64,000 nt of DNA from Pseudomonadales bacterium (lineage in GTDB: Bacteria; Pseudomonadota; Gammaproteobacteria; Pseudomonadales; DC-out160): assembly GCA_019090455.1 (NCBI GenBank), contig JAHRWA010000058.1:1989-65988 (forward strand), written 5' to 3'. Each line of letters starts with the position of its first letter. The stretch's first letter is position 1. A model generated the notes under the pieces. That model searched no databases, was not told the origin of the DNA, and saw only the letters and a list, made by a program, of their open reading frames with translations. Below, in pieces: positions 44,088 to 52,896 of the stretch. The translations under genes and the position numbers were made by a program.

Positions 44088-45461
44088 TTATGGTGAGTCC
44101 AACGCCTTCAACTTCTTATCTAACTCTTGAAGCCCTTGATGAGCAGGAAACAGCTCTAAACCTGTATCGACAAAATAACGCGTCTCTCCCACTATCCCTT
44201 GACCATAAAGCGCTTCACACCGGTCATAGAACTGATTGGCGACATTATTTAAACCGTCAATTGCACTCCTATTATAGGGATCAATTTCCAACACCATTTG
44301 ATAAGCATCAAATGAATTGCCACCCGCAGGAGAAACCAACCGGCCAACTAACAAGTGAGCACGGGCTACCTTTAACAAACGAGTCACTTTGCTTGAGTCT
44401 TCAGCTCCCGGTTTACTTCTCTCTTCGTGATGGGAGGGCTGCACAACAATACCTTCACGCAATTCAGTAGAAGAATTTCCTTCTGCATTACTACCCTGCA
44501 ATACAATGGGTTCAGATGACAGCTTATCTAGGGGCGAATTCGCGAGCCAATAGCCCGCTCCAATCGCAGCCACAAACACGGAAATGGCGCCAGCCGCAAC
44601 AACAGTATTTTTAGTCTTTCTCCCACCAACTTCCTGACCGCGCAAACAGTTCTGTAATGCCAATTTAAATTCTTCTGCAGTCTGGAAGCGTTGGTCCTGT
44701 TTTTTTGCTAACGCTTTTCGCAGCACACTATCAAACGCTTTGGGAATATCTTCATTTAATTTACTGGGGTCAACGATCGCGGTATTCACCACATTGTGCA
44801 TTATGGTGTTAGACATATCTCCCTTGAAAGTCTTGCGCCCGGTCAACAGCTCGTACAACATCACAGCCGTTGAAAACAAATCAGATCGAGCGTCTACTGT
44901 TTCCCCCAAACACTGCTCTGGGGACATATAACTGGGGGTTCCCAATACACTACCCATTTGTGTAAGTTCTGAATTCTCCACGCGAGCAATACCAAAATCA
45001 GCAATTTTTATTCCGGCATCATCAAGGATAAAAATATTGGCCGGCTTAATATCTCGATGCACAATTCCAAAACCATGGGTATAGGCTAAGCCGTCTAAGA
45101 TCTGAGAAATCAGACTAACCACATCCTGTGTAGAAAATGGATGTTTGTCTTTCATCATTGAACTTAATTCTCGCCCATGAACCAACTCCATCACAAAATA
45201 GGGCATATTATTTTCAATATCGAAATCGTAAATCCCGACAATATTGGCATGAGTCAGCCGACCTACGGCTTTGGCTTCATTACTAAACCGTTGCATCATT
45301 TCCTGCCCCATTTCTGAGCCAAGTAAAGATTCATGTATTGTTTTAATGGCAACGAATCGATCAATATAAGGATCATATGCCTTATAAACGATTCCCATCG
45401 CACCTTTTCCCAAGACTTCATCAACACGATATTTGCCTATATGGCTCAAGTCACTCGTCAA
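44088..45461 (-). CDS. Transmembrane Hanks-type Ser/Thr protein kinase
   Basis: LGKGAMGIVY, VAIK, HRDIKPANI, DFG, GTPSYMSPEQ, DARSDLF; TM VVAAGAISVFVAAIGAGYWL; periplasmic helical domain. Confidence 0.95.
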   Translation of the reverse strand: MTSDLSHIGKYRVDEVLGKGAMGIVYKAYDPYIDRFVAIKTIHESLLGSEMGQEMMQRFSNEAKAVGRLTHANIVGIYDFDIENNMPYFVMELVHGRELSSMMKDKHPFSTQDVVSLISQILDGLAYTHGFGIVHRDIKPANIFILDDAGIKIADFGIARVENSELTQMGSVLGTPSYMSPEQCLGETVDARSDLFSTAVMLYELLTGRKTFKGDMSNTIMHNVVNTAIVDPSKLNEDIPKAFDSVLRKALAKKQDQRFQTAEEFKLALQNCLRGQEVGGRKTKNTVVAAGAISVFVAAIGAGYWLANSPLDKLSSEPIVLQGSNAEGNSSTELREGIVVQPSHHEERSKPGAEDSSKVTRLLKVARAHLLVGRLVSPAGGNSFDAYQMVLEIDPYNRSAIDGLNNVANQFYDRCEALYGQGIVGETRYFVDTGLELFPAHQGLQELDKKLKALDSP

Positions 45462-45567
45462 ACCCTTTCAACTCCTTATGTATTATTAGTGCAATCAACA
45501 TTGGCTTTATATGGCCTTGGGAAAACCGAATTTGGATTAATTTCAACGAAGGCTCCCTAGTTGATTC

Positions 45568-45610
45568 GAGTTAAAAAAAAGCACCGATAATCGGTGCTTT
45601 TTTTTAACTC
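45568..45610. terminator. Strong rho-independent terminator between the caspase and kinase genes
   Basis: GAGTTAAAAAAAAGCACCGA-TAA-TCGGTGCTTTTTTTTAACTC. Confidence 0.88.
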
Positions 45611-45625
45611 TCATATTGGTTCCCA

Positions 45626-47794
45626 TCAAATACTAACAGGTTGAAAAAAGAATTCCCCTGCTTCATGTCCAGCGTGTCTAATCGGAGAATACTCTGGTAT
45701 CTGTTCAAGCTCCAGCGATTGCGACCGTGAGCGGACTTGCGACAAAACACTTCGATAAAGCGTATGCCCTTCCATCACCCCTTCATTCGCTTCTAACGTA
45801 TCGATAAATGCCTTCGCAAAAACAGAATGATCGCCGCCGCCGCCATCCATGACAGGGGCTATCCCTCCGGAAGTCAGTACTGTTCTTGCGCGCGTTTCCG
45901 ACATAATTTGTATCCACTCTTCTTTCAATTCATTTGGCATGGAGACATCCGGCCTAGCCATAGAAGTACTAGAAAGAGTGCCGGCGTAGCACGAATCAGC
46001 AACTACCATAACGTGCTTAGCCGGCATTGCATTGAGAATATCCGTTATTGCAACATTTGAAATCCAGTTCGTTGTGTTGTCGACTTCCGCGTCCACTGGT
46101 AACCAATAACCGCGTGTGTTCTTCTGATCCAGCTCACCATGTCCCGCATAATAGACAAGCAGGTTATCTTTCTCTGACAATGTTTCTCGCAATTTATTGA
46201 GCGCAGACAAAATCGAGTAACGATCCGCATTCTCTAATAAAACAGTTTTATAACCGTACTTCCTATTCAACAGCTCTGCCGTTACCTTTGCATCATTCAC
46301 CGCCGTATCTAAACTGGGAAAATGCGTGTATTGGTTATTACCGATAACCAATGCATAATACCTTCCCAACGAAACTGACGTCTTTTGCTTGCGACTGACG
46401 GTGCTTGCTTCAGCTGAATTAAAGCCCACTAGACGCTCGGCCTCAAAAGAAAAATCCATTGCAACTCTTCGGCCTTCTTTGTCAATTGCCACCACTTGAA
46501 CAGGTGTGCTCGATCTTAGAATAGGCATATCAACCCAGAAGAGATTATGTTTATCCAAGTCATAAGCCGCATCGTTAATCTTGAGTGAATGCAGCCCGGC
46601 AGGTGCCAATACTTTACCAATTATTTCCCGTTGTTTAACTGCTGAACGCAACTTTACCGTGGCACGCCCTCGGGTCAAAATCATGGGAGGCTCTATTATT
46701 TCTATAATAGGTGCGTCAAAAACAGTCGTATCGACGACTGCTAACTGTTGAAGGTTATCGCTAAATCGATTACGGGAATTTTTCAGGGTCGTAATTTTTT
46801 GTTTTTGTTGCTCTACTTGCGTTCTATTTTGAAGAAGTTCTTCTTCTAGAGCGGCAATCACAAGCTCTCGCTGCTTTCCTAACGCGAGCGTCTCACTAGT
46901 AAAGGCAATCAACTCTTCATCATGCCTATCCCTCTCCAAATTTATTTTTTCTTGCAACTTGATCAACTCGGCCTGCTGGACCTCTTTAGAAACACTAGGG
47001 TCCAACAATAATTGTTTCGCCGCTTTTAATTTGGCAGTCGTATCATTTAAGGCACTCTGAGCACCGACCAAACTCGTTTCCCTAGCAATCAATGCTTTTT
47101 GAGAGGATCGTAATTGGCGCTCCAAATCTGCTTTCTCTTTTTCCTGCAATGCACTTTTGTCCTTTAGTGCTTGTAGCTCTGCTTGAGAAGCGTGCGCTGC
47201 CTGAACTGTAGAGGCATACTGGAGTTTATCGGTGTTGAGCCCAGAGGCTTTTCGATACCAGTTCAGTGCGATACTGGTATCCTTTTCTACACCTAGCCCT
47301 TTTTCATATAAATGCCCAAGATTAATCTGAGAACGGGACAGCTTCTGTTCAGCTGCTAATTTATACCAATGCGCCGCGGCCTCGTAATCCGGTAAAATAC
47401 CTAAGCCACGTTCGTAAATTTCACCAACATAGTTTTGTGCTTCTGCGGAACCCGCTTGCGCTTGCGGCAACCAAACCTTTAACGCAGTTGCGTAATCTGA
47501 CCGGTCAAAAGCAACGTACTCCCCTCCTCGAATTTCACAATCTGCGGCAGTTGATTTTACCGGTCTTCGCGCCGTTAGATAACTGGCCTGAGCGCCCAGT
47601 TTGCGAACCTGGCCAGGTAGAAGACAATCCACGATCATCAAATCATCTGCATTCCGAGATGCCTGCTCAAGAAGCTCTGTCGCTCCTTCCTGAGGGCTGT
47701 TAGCACAACTCGCGAGAAACATTGATAAAAGGGAGCTACAAAACCATGCCCGCTGTTTTTGCCCTTCAATTGAAATAAATTTTATTCGAGTCAT
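45626..47794 (-). CDS. Lipoprotein with Sel1-like repeats, coiled coil and C-terminal caspase (peptidase C14) domain
   Basis: Lipobox FLASC; Sel1 repeats AEAQNYVGEIYERGLG and SQINLGHLYEKGLG; caspase motifs YALVIGNNQY, AVNDA, YYAGHG (His), VADSCY (Cys), GDHSVFA. Confidence 0.92.
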   Translation of the reverse strand: MTRIKFISIEGQKQRAWFCSSLLSMFLASCANSPQEGATELLEQASRNADDLMIVDCLLPGQVRKLGAQASYLTARRPVKSTAADCEIRGGEYVAFDRSDYATALKVWLPQAQAGSAEAQNYVGEIYERGLGILPDYEAAAHWYKLAAEQKLSRSQINLGHLYEKGLGVEKDTSIALNWYRKASGLNTDKLQYASTVQAAHASQAELQALKDKSALQEKEKADLERQLRSSQKALIARETSLVGAQSALNDTTAKLKAAKQLLLDPSVSKEVQQAELIKLQEKINLERDRHDEELIAFTSETLALGKQRELVIAALEEELLQNRTQVEQQKQKITTLKNSRNRFSDNLQQLAVVDTTVFDAPIIEIIEPPMILTRGRATVKLRSAVKQREIIGKVLAPAGLHSLKINDAAYDLDKHNLFWVDMPILRSSTPVQVVAIDKEGRRVAMDFSFEAERLVGFNSAEASTVSRKQKTSVSLGRYYALVIGNNQYTHFPSLDTAVNDAKVTAELLNRKYGYKTVLLENADRYSILSALNKLRETLSEKDNLLVYYAGHGELDQKNTRGYWLPVDAEVDNTTNWISNVAITDILNAMPAKHVMVVADSCYAGTLSSTSMARPDVSMPNELKEEWIQIMSETRARTVLTSGGIAPVMDGGGGDHSVFAKAFIDTLEANEGVMEGHTLYRSVLSQVRSRSQSLELEQIPEYSPIRHAGHEAGEFFFQPVSI

Positions 47795-47894
47795 AGCAAC
47801 AAACCTCTCAGATCAACATATCTAACTTAACGTAATAATCATCTTGCAAACCAATAGGTACTTCCGACAGTCCTCTTTTTATTTCTGCCGGATT

Positions 47895-48233
47895 TCATCG
47901 ATATACGCTATAAATAGCGTATATGCTCACCACTAGCGCTAGCCCAATGATAATCAGCCCCCATCTTCTTTTTTTATTAGGGTAATCGCCTACAACATCT
48001 GCCGACGCCACTTTCGCTCTCATTGCCGTGGAATCGCCAACCATTCGTTCTATTACAGGTTTGTTTACACCATTGACTGGCGTGTCTTCTGCTTGAGGAA
48101 TTTCAACAATCAAGCCTTCACAATAATCCAGTATAGTATCCCGCTGCTCTCTATAACTTTCTTTATCTAGCTCACCAGTGGCATACAATTGAGCCAATTT
48201 TTTTAGCAGGGCACCCTCTTTCCTCTCATCCAT
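47895..48233 (-). CDS. Small C-terminally anchored membrane protein with SHOCT-like N-terminus
   Basis: LKKLAQLYATGELDKESYREQRDTIL; KKRR followed by TM WGLIIIGLALVVSIYAIYSVY. Confidence 0.7.
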   Translation of the reverse strand: MDERKEGALLKKLAQLYATGELDKESYREQRDTILDYCEGLIVEIPQAEDTPVNGVNKPVIERMVGDSTAMRAKVASADVVGDYPNKKRRWGLIIIGLALVVSIYAIYSVYR

Positions 48234-48286
48234 TTAAACTAACCCTAAAGAATACTGTTCTAACCCGAGTTACGGTAATACTTTGA

Positions 48287-49018
48287 CTACAATGCTTTGA
48301 CCACAATCACCGATACGTTATCTTTTGCTCCCCGCTTTAATGCCGCTTGGATGAGCTCTCCCGCAACTCTGTCCACCCTATCTCCACGTAAATAGGCATC
48401 AATTTCGGACATACCTAGCTCACCATAGAGTCCGTCACTGCAGAGTAAAAACGTGTCATCTTTCTTAATATCAAATACCGTTGCATCTAAATGTAGATCT
48501 GGCGCTGCACCAACCGCTCGAGTAATCACATTCGATGCTGGATGATTTTCCGCTTCCTGCTCCGAAATCAGCCCCCTTTCTATCATTTCATTCACTTGAC
48601 TATGATCTGTAGAGATAAGCTGTAGATGGCCACGACGCTTACGGTATAACCGAGAGTCTCCAGCCCATAAACAGACGCCAACACTTTCATGTACCAGTAA
48701 AGACACTACTGTACACCCCATAGTGCGCCCCCCGTATTCTGACTCTGACCGCCTTAATATATTATCGTGAACTTGATGAATAAGATCTTCAGCTTGATTC
48801 ACAAATTGACTTAATTTGACGTGCTGAGTTGTTTCACTCAAGGCTTTCACCAACATCTGACTCGCGACATCACCGGCTTCGTGCCCACCCATGCCGTCAG
48901 CGACCGTCCACAAACCAACCTCTGACCTATCTAACACGGAGTCTTCATTAATTTTTCTCACATAACCTGTATGAGTCTCCGCACACGAACGCCAAGTATA
49001 GTTTATACCCATGGGCAA
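48287..49018 (-). CDS. PP2C/PPM-family Ser/Thr phosphatase (PppA-like)
   Basis: THTGYVRKINED, VADGMGGH, WAGDSRLY, DHS, NVITRAVG, LLCSDGL, DNVSV. Confidence 0.95.
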   Translation of the reverse strand: MPMGINYTWRSCAETHTGYVRKINEDSVLDRSEVGLWTVADGMGGHEAGDVASQMLVKALSETTQHVKLSQFVNQAEDLIHQVHDNILRRSESEYGGRTMGCTVVSLLVHESVGVCLWAGDSRLYRKRRGHLQLISTDHSQVNEMIERGLISEQEAENHPASNVITRAVGAAPDLHLDATVFDIKKDDTFLLCSDGLYGELGMSEIDAYLRGDRVDRVAGELIQAALKRGAKDNVSVIVVKAL

Positions 49019-49072
49019 CCTTTTATTATAATCATGATTATTCCACCAAGATAATGAGTGGCGTTTCTGCTA

Positions 49073-50416
49073 TCAATTTACTATTAGCTGCTGAACAGCT
49101 TCTTCATAAGCTTCAGAAAAGTCATCCATAAATAAGCGTTGATAAGCATCTACATTGCCAGTCACCTGCTCAGCATACAGAGACACGAAGGCGTCCCAGT
49201 ACTTCGCTTTTTTGGAGGAATGCATAATACCTGCATTGTTTTTATCACACAGATCTTGGATAACAGTAGGGTCGAACTTTTCCATCAACTGGACGAAAGT
49301 GGTTTCCATTGCAATCGGCATTGCCTTTTGATGAACATCAATATCTTTGAAACCTTGGCGTATAGTTTCTGTCGGCGGCAAATACCCTCTGCCACGACGC
49401 ACCAGTATATTCTCTAATGCTTCTTCAGCAGAAACTGAGAGCTTTAAGGGGTTATTTTCACTAGCCTGAATACTCGTAGTCGAAGCACTAAATTGGTTCT
49501 TTATATTACTCCGAACTTGCAATGCGGTCATTTGACCTTGAATACTCTCTTTTAAAACAACGGTCATCAATTGAATAACAGCCTCTACTTTCTCTTCTCC
49601 GATCAACTCACTCGGAATACCTAATAAGCCTGCAATTTCTTGGGCTTGTTCTTTCAAATAAAGTTTGATATCCCCTGCATTCCCTCGATTTACTTGCTTT
49701 ATATTTTCTGCTTCGTTCTCAACAGCCCCTAGATTATCAGACCTCTTAACGCTCAACGATTCAATGACTTCCTGCACACTTTCCGATAAACCTGACTCAG
49801 CATCCTCCCTATTGACATCGAACCCCAATGAATCTCCCCTGCTGATATTATCTTGCTGCTCAATGAACGCGATCTCCGCCGCGAGTACGGCACTCTCTTG
49901 CGAAACCTTAGACTGCAATATTACCGGCCCAGGAGAATAGGTACTCCTCGATTCCATTTTTTCAACTTCGCCCGTTTCATCGATTTTACTGGCTTGCCCT
50001 GGCTCGTTATTTCCGTCAGAAAAAGAAATCCCCTCCCGTGCCAGTGCCTGCATCTCAGCTGTCATACCCGCAAATGGGCTATCGATATAACCAGGAATTC
50101 CCACGCAAACTCGTATCTCATAATCTCCAATTATCACAACATCTCCATGCTTAATTCGGGATTTATTACCCTCACCGATGGGCTCCTCCGAGTCATTGAT
50201 ATAGACACCGTTGGTACTGACATCGACTAGGAAATACGATTCATTATCGAACTCAATTTGGGCATGGTAGGACGACACAAACCGGTCCTCATCAGGTAAT
50301 TGCCAGGTATTACTGTCTCCCCGGCCAATTGTCCCGCCTTTATATCCAAAGGTCTTGCGAGGTTCTACGTCTGCTATTCCAGAAGGTTGGCGGATAATAA
50401 TTAACTCTAAAGACAT
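49073..50416 (-). CDS. tagH: FHA-domain protein, TagH/Fha-like
   Basis: FHA motifs TIGR, VSSYHAQI, DVSTNGVYIN; C-terminal ENNPLK..AEEAL..GYL..DIDVHQ.A..FDP..KAKYWDAF...F..AYE typical of T6SS-associated Fha. Symbol assigned by homology only. Confidence 0.82.
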   Translation of the reverse strand: MSLELIIIRQPSGIADVEPRKTFGYKGGTIGRGDSNTWQLPDEDRFVSSYHAQIEFDNESYFLVDVSTNGVYINDSEEPIGEGNKSRIKHGDVVIIGDYEIRVCVGIPGYIDSPFAGMTAEMQALAREGISFSDGNNEPGQASKIDETGEVEKMESRSTYSPGPVILQSKVSQESAVLAAEIAFIEQQDNISRGDSLGFDVNREDAESGLSESVQEVIESLSVKRSDNLGAVENEAENIKQVNRGNAGDIKLYLKEQAQEIAGLLGIPSELIGEEKVEAVIQLMTVVLKESIQGQMTALQVRSNIKNQFSASTTSIQASENNPLKLSVSAEEALENILVRRGRGYLPPTETIRQGFKDIDVHQKAMPIAMETTFVQLMEKFDPTVIQDLCDKNNAGIMHSSKKAKYWDAFVSLYAEQVTGNVDAYQRLFMDDFSEAYEEAVQQLIVN

Positions 50417-50784
50417 ATTAGTATCTATCTCGCTATTAAATTATCTTGGGTACGCCTAAATAACGCACTATGGCGAATACACTCCAAGTATAACTCATCA
50501 AGTTACGCCCAATTAATTTGATGATTAAGTGGTTATTTTACAAATCCCATCAATAATAATGCCAAATACAATACTAACGAAAAGACAATTCTGGCTCATC
50601 ACACCTTAGCGTATTTAACATTACTGGATACCAATAACGTAAAATGGGTTCGATAATGAAGACAAAAAAGAAAAGGCACAATAGACAGGCTGTCATTGTA
50701 TAGGCAGATACTGGGACTTTTAAATCGCCGAGACATAAACTCGACATAGGGGTTCAACCTACGGAACCCCCTTAGAGACACTCA

Positions 50785-52893
50785 TTATTTTTGTTTCTTT
50801 TTCTTCTCTTCTTTCGCCGCTTTTTTTGCCTGCTTCTTTGCCCGCTTCATTTCTTTTTTTGTTCTACGCGCTTCGTCACCAGACAAGCCCAGCTTGCCAT
50901 GATACAAACTCTCAATTTCTTTAGGAAGTTCCGGTTTTTCCTCTTTAAACAAGGATAATTTCCCTAACGCATCTACACCAATTTGGAGCTCACGAAGATG
51001 CTTGTATTTTCGTTCCGTTACGCTTTGTAGCGAATTTGCATCTCGAATAATAGTCGGTGTTAAGAACACTAGTAAATTCCGTTTAACTCGCTTTCGCTGA
51101 GTGCTCTTAAACAAACGTCCTATCAATGGAATATCACCCAACAACGGCACTTTGCTTTCTGAGTCAGTAAAGTCATCTTGAATCAGGCCACCGAGTACGA
51201 CTGTATTAGCATTGTCCACTAAGATAGTTGTCTTTATTGATCGCTTGCTAGTAATCAGGTCCGCTGATTGAACGCTCTCTGACGTAGGTACAACAGCTGA
51301 AACCTCTTGCTCAACCTGCAACCGAATAACATCTCCGTCATTTATTTGAGGGACTACTTTTAACGTCAGCCCTACATCTTCTCTGGAAATGGTTTGAAAC
51401 GGATTGTTAGTCGTACTTGAACCACTTGTAGATGTCCCTGTTATAAACGGAACGTTTTGCCCAACGACTATTTCAGCTTCTTCATTATCTAAGGTCATAA
51501 TACTTGGGGTTGAAAGCAGATTGGCATTTGAAGCATTGGCTAACGCCTGCACAAGCACGCCATAGCCCTTTGTTCCTGCACTATTTCTCTCGCCCCCAGC
51601 GATGGTTATACCATTTGCAAGCGCTGCGCCTGTCCCGGCACTAAGTGCGCCAAGCACATTATTTAGACTCCCGCTTCCTTCAAAATTCACTCCCACGAGA
51701 GGCTGACCAAGGTTTTTGTCGTGGACACCCCACTGTACTCCGAGCGCTTTTGATATATCGCCCGACACTTCCACGATCGCTGCCTCTATCAACACCTGCG
51801 CTCGACGCACATCTAACTGCCTAACCACGTCTTGAATTTCTTGTAAATCTGCGGGCTCGCCTCTTATCACTAACGCATTGAGTGTTTCATCCGCTTGGAT
51901 ATTGACTTCTTCCTGTACCGCTTCCTTTTTCCCCCCGCCCTTCCTTTTCTTCTTAGAGGAAGCCATCAAGCCTTTTAGCACTTCGGCTACTTTGACCGCA
52001 TCTCCATGCCGTAAATAGATTACCTTGGTAGTTCCGGTATGCTTAGAAGGTTGATCCAATTTCCTTACCAGCTCTCTTATTCTAGCTCTAGCCGATTTTT
52101 CACCTTTAACAATAAGTCGGTTCGTACGCTCTTCCGCCACAACCCTAACACGTGCCGCTTTATTCTTAGATTTGCCCTTTCCCGTCGCAACTGGAGTCAA
52201 GCGCTCCAACAAATCCACAACATCCCCGACCCACGCCTCTTTCAGTTGTATCACTTCGATTTCTTCACTTTCGGCTCCATCAAGCCTCTCTATAATTTGT
52301 ATTATCCGTTTTATATTTTCTGCATGATCACTAATAATTAACGCATTTGCAGAAGCTACCCCTGCAAGATGGCCATACTGGGGCACCATGGGGCGCAAAA
52401 TAGGCACCAATTCAACAGCAGGAGTATTCTTAACAGCGATTACTTGGGTAATCAGCTCCTCGCCTCGCGAATCCGAGTCCTTCGCAAAACGAATAGTGTC
52501 TTGCTTAGCACCCGTATTCGGCACCACTTTCAGAACACTTCCCGAGGGTACGGCAGCATAGCCATGCACATTCAGTACTGACTGAAATAGCTCAAACACC
52601 TCCTCTTCTGACAGGTTAGTCGTGGAGATGACCGTAACCTTTCCTTTAACCCTGGGATCGACCACAAAGCTACGCCCAGTAATGTCGGATATTTGAGTGA
52701 TAAAGGCGCGAATATCGGCATCTTTGAGGTTAACTTTCCATGTTTGATCTTCCGCCATACATATGCGGCTTAATGAAATCAAAATTAGAACAAAGAAAAT
52801 CAACCCACGGCTCACTTGGGTTGAGAATTGAAACTGACTTTTGGTTTTACTCGATAACATTGATGCCACTCTTTTAATCTTCAATATATACAA
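50785..52893 (-). CDS. gspD: Type II secretion secretin GspD
   Basis: VNLKDADIRAFI, VDPRVKGKVTV, LDVRRAQVLIEAAIVE, LSTPSIMTLDNEEA, KVPLLGDIPLIGRLF. Start uncertain. Confidence 0.96.
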   Translation of the reverse strand: MYILKIKRVASMLSSKTKSQFQFSTQVSRGLIFFVLILISLSRICMAEDQTWKVNLKDADIRAFITQISDITGRSFVVDPRVKGKVTVISTTNLSEEEVFELFQSVLNVHGYAAVPSGSVLKVVPNTGAKQDTIRFAKDSDSRGEELITQVIAVKNTPAVELVPILRPMVPQYGHLAGVASANALIISDHAENIKRIIQIIERLDGAESEEIEVIQLKEAWVGDVVDLLERLTPVATGKGKSKNKAARVRVVAEERTNRLIVKGEKSARARIRELVRKLDQPSKHTGTTKVIYLRHGDAVKVAEVLKGLMASSKKKRKGGGKKEAVQEEVNIQADETLNALVIRGEPADLQEIQDVVRQLDVRRAQVLIEAAIVEVSGDISKALGVQWGVHDKNLGQPLVGVNFEGSGSLNNVLGALSAGTGAALANGITIAGGERNSAGTKGYGVLVQALANASNANLLSTPSIMTLDNEEAEIVVGQNVPFITGTSTSGSSTTNNPFQTISREDVGLTLKVVPQINDGDVIRLQVEQEVSAVVPTSESVQSADLITSKRSIKTTILVDNANTVVLGGLIQDDFTDSESKVPLLGDIPLIGRLFKSTQRKRVKRNLLVFLTPTIIRDANSLQSVTERKYKHLRELQIGVDALGKLSLFKEEKPELPKEIESLYHGKLGLSGDEARRTKKEMKRAKKQAKKAAKEEKKKKQK

Positions 52894-52896
52894 TCA

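Noticed and set aside
42765-50416. Type VI secretion cluster, or a known anti-phage caspase system (CBASS, gasdermin, Craspase)
   Set aside because: No tss/hcp/vgrG/clpV genes and no cyclase, gasdermin, NLR or Cas gene in the window; the caspase carries a lipoprotein signal.
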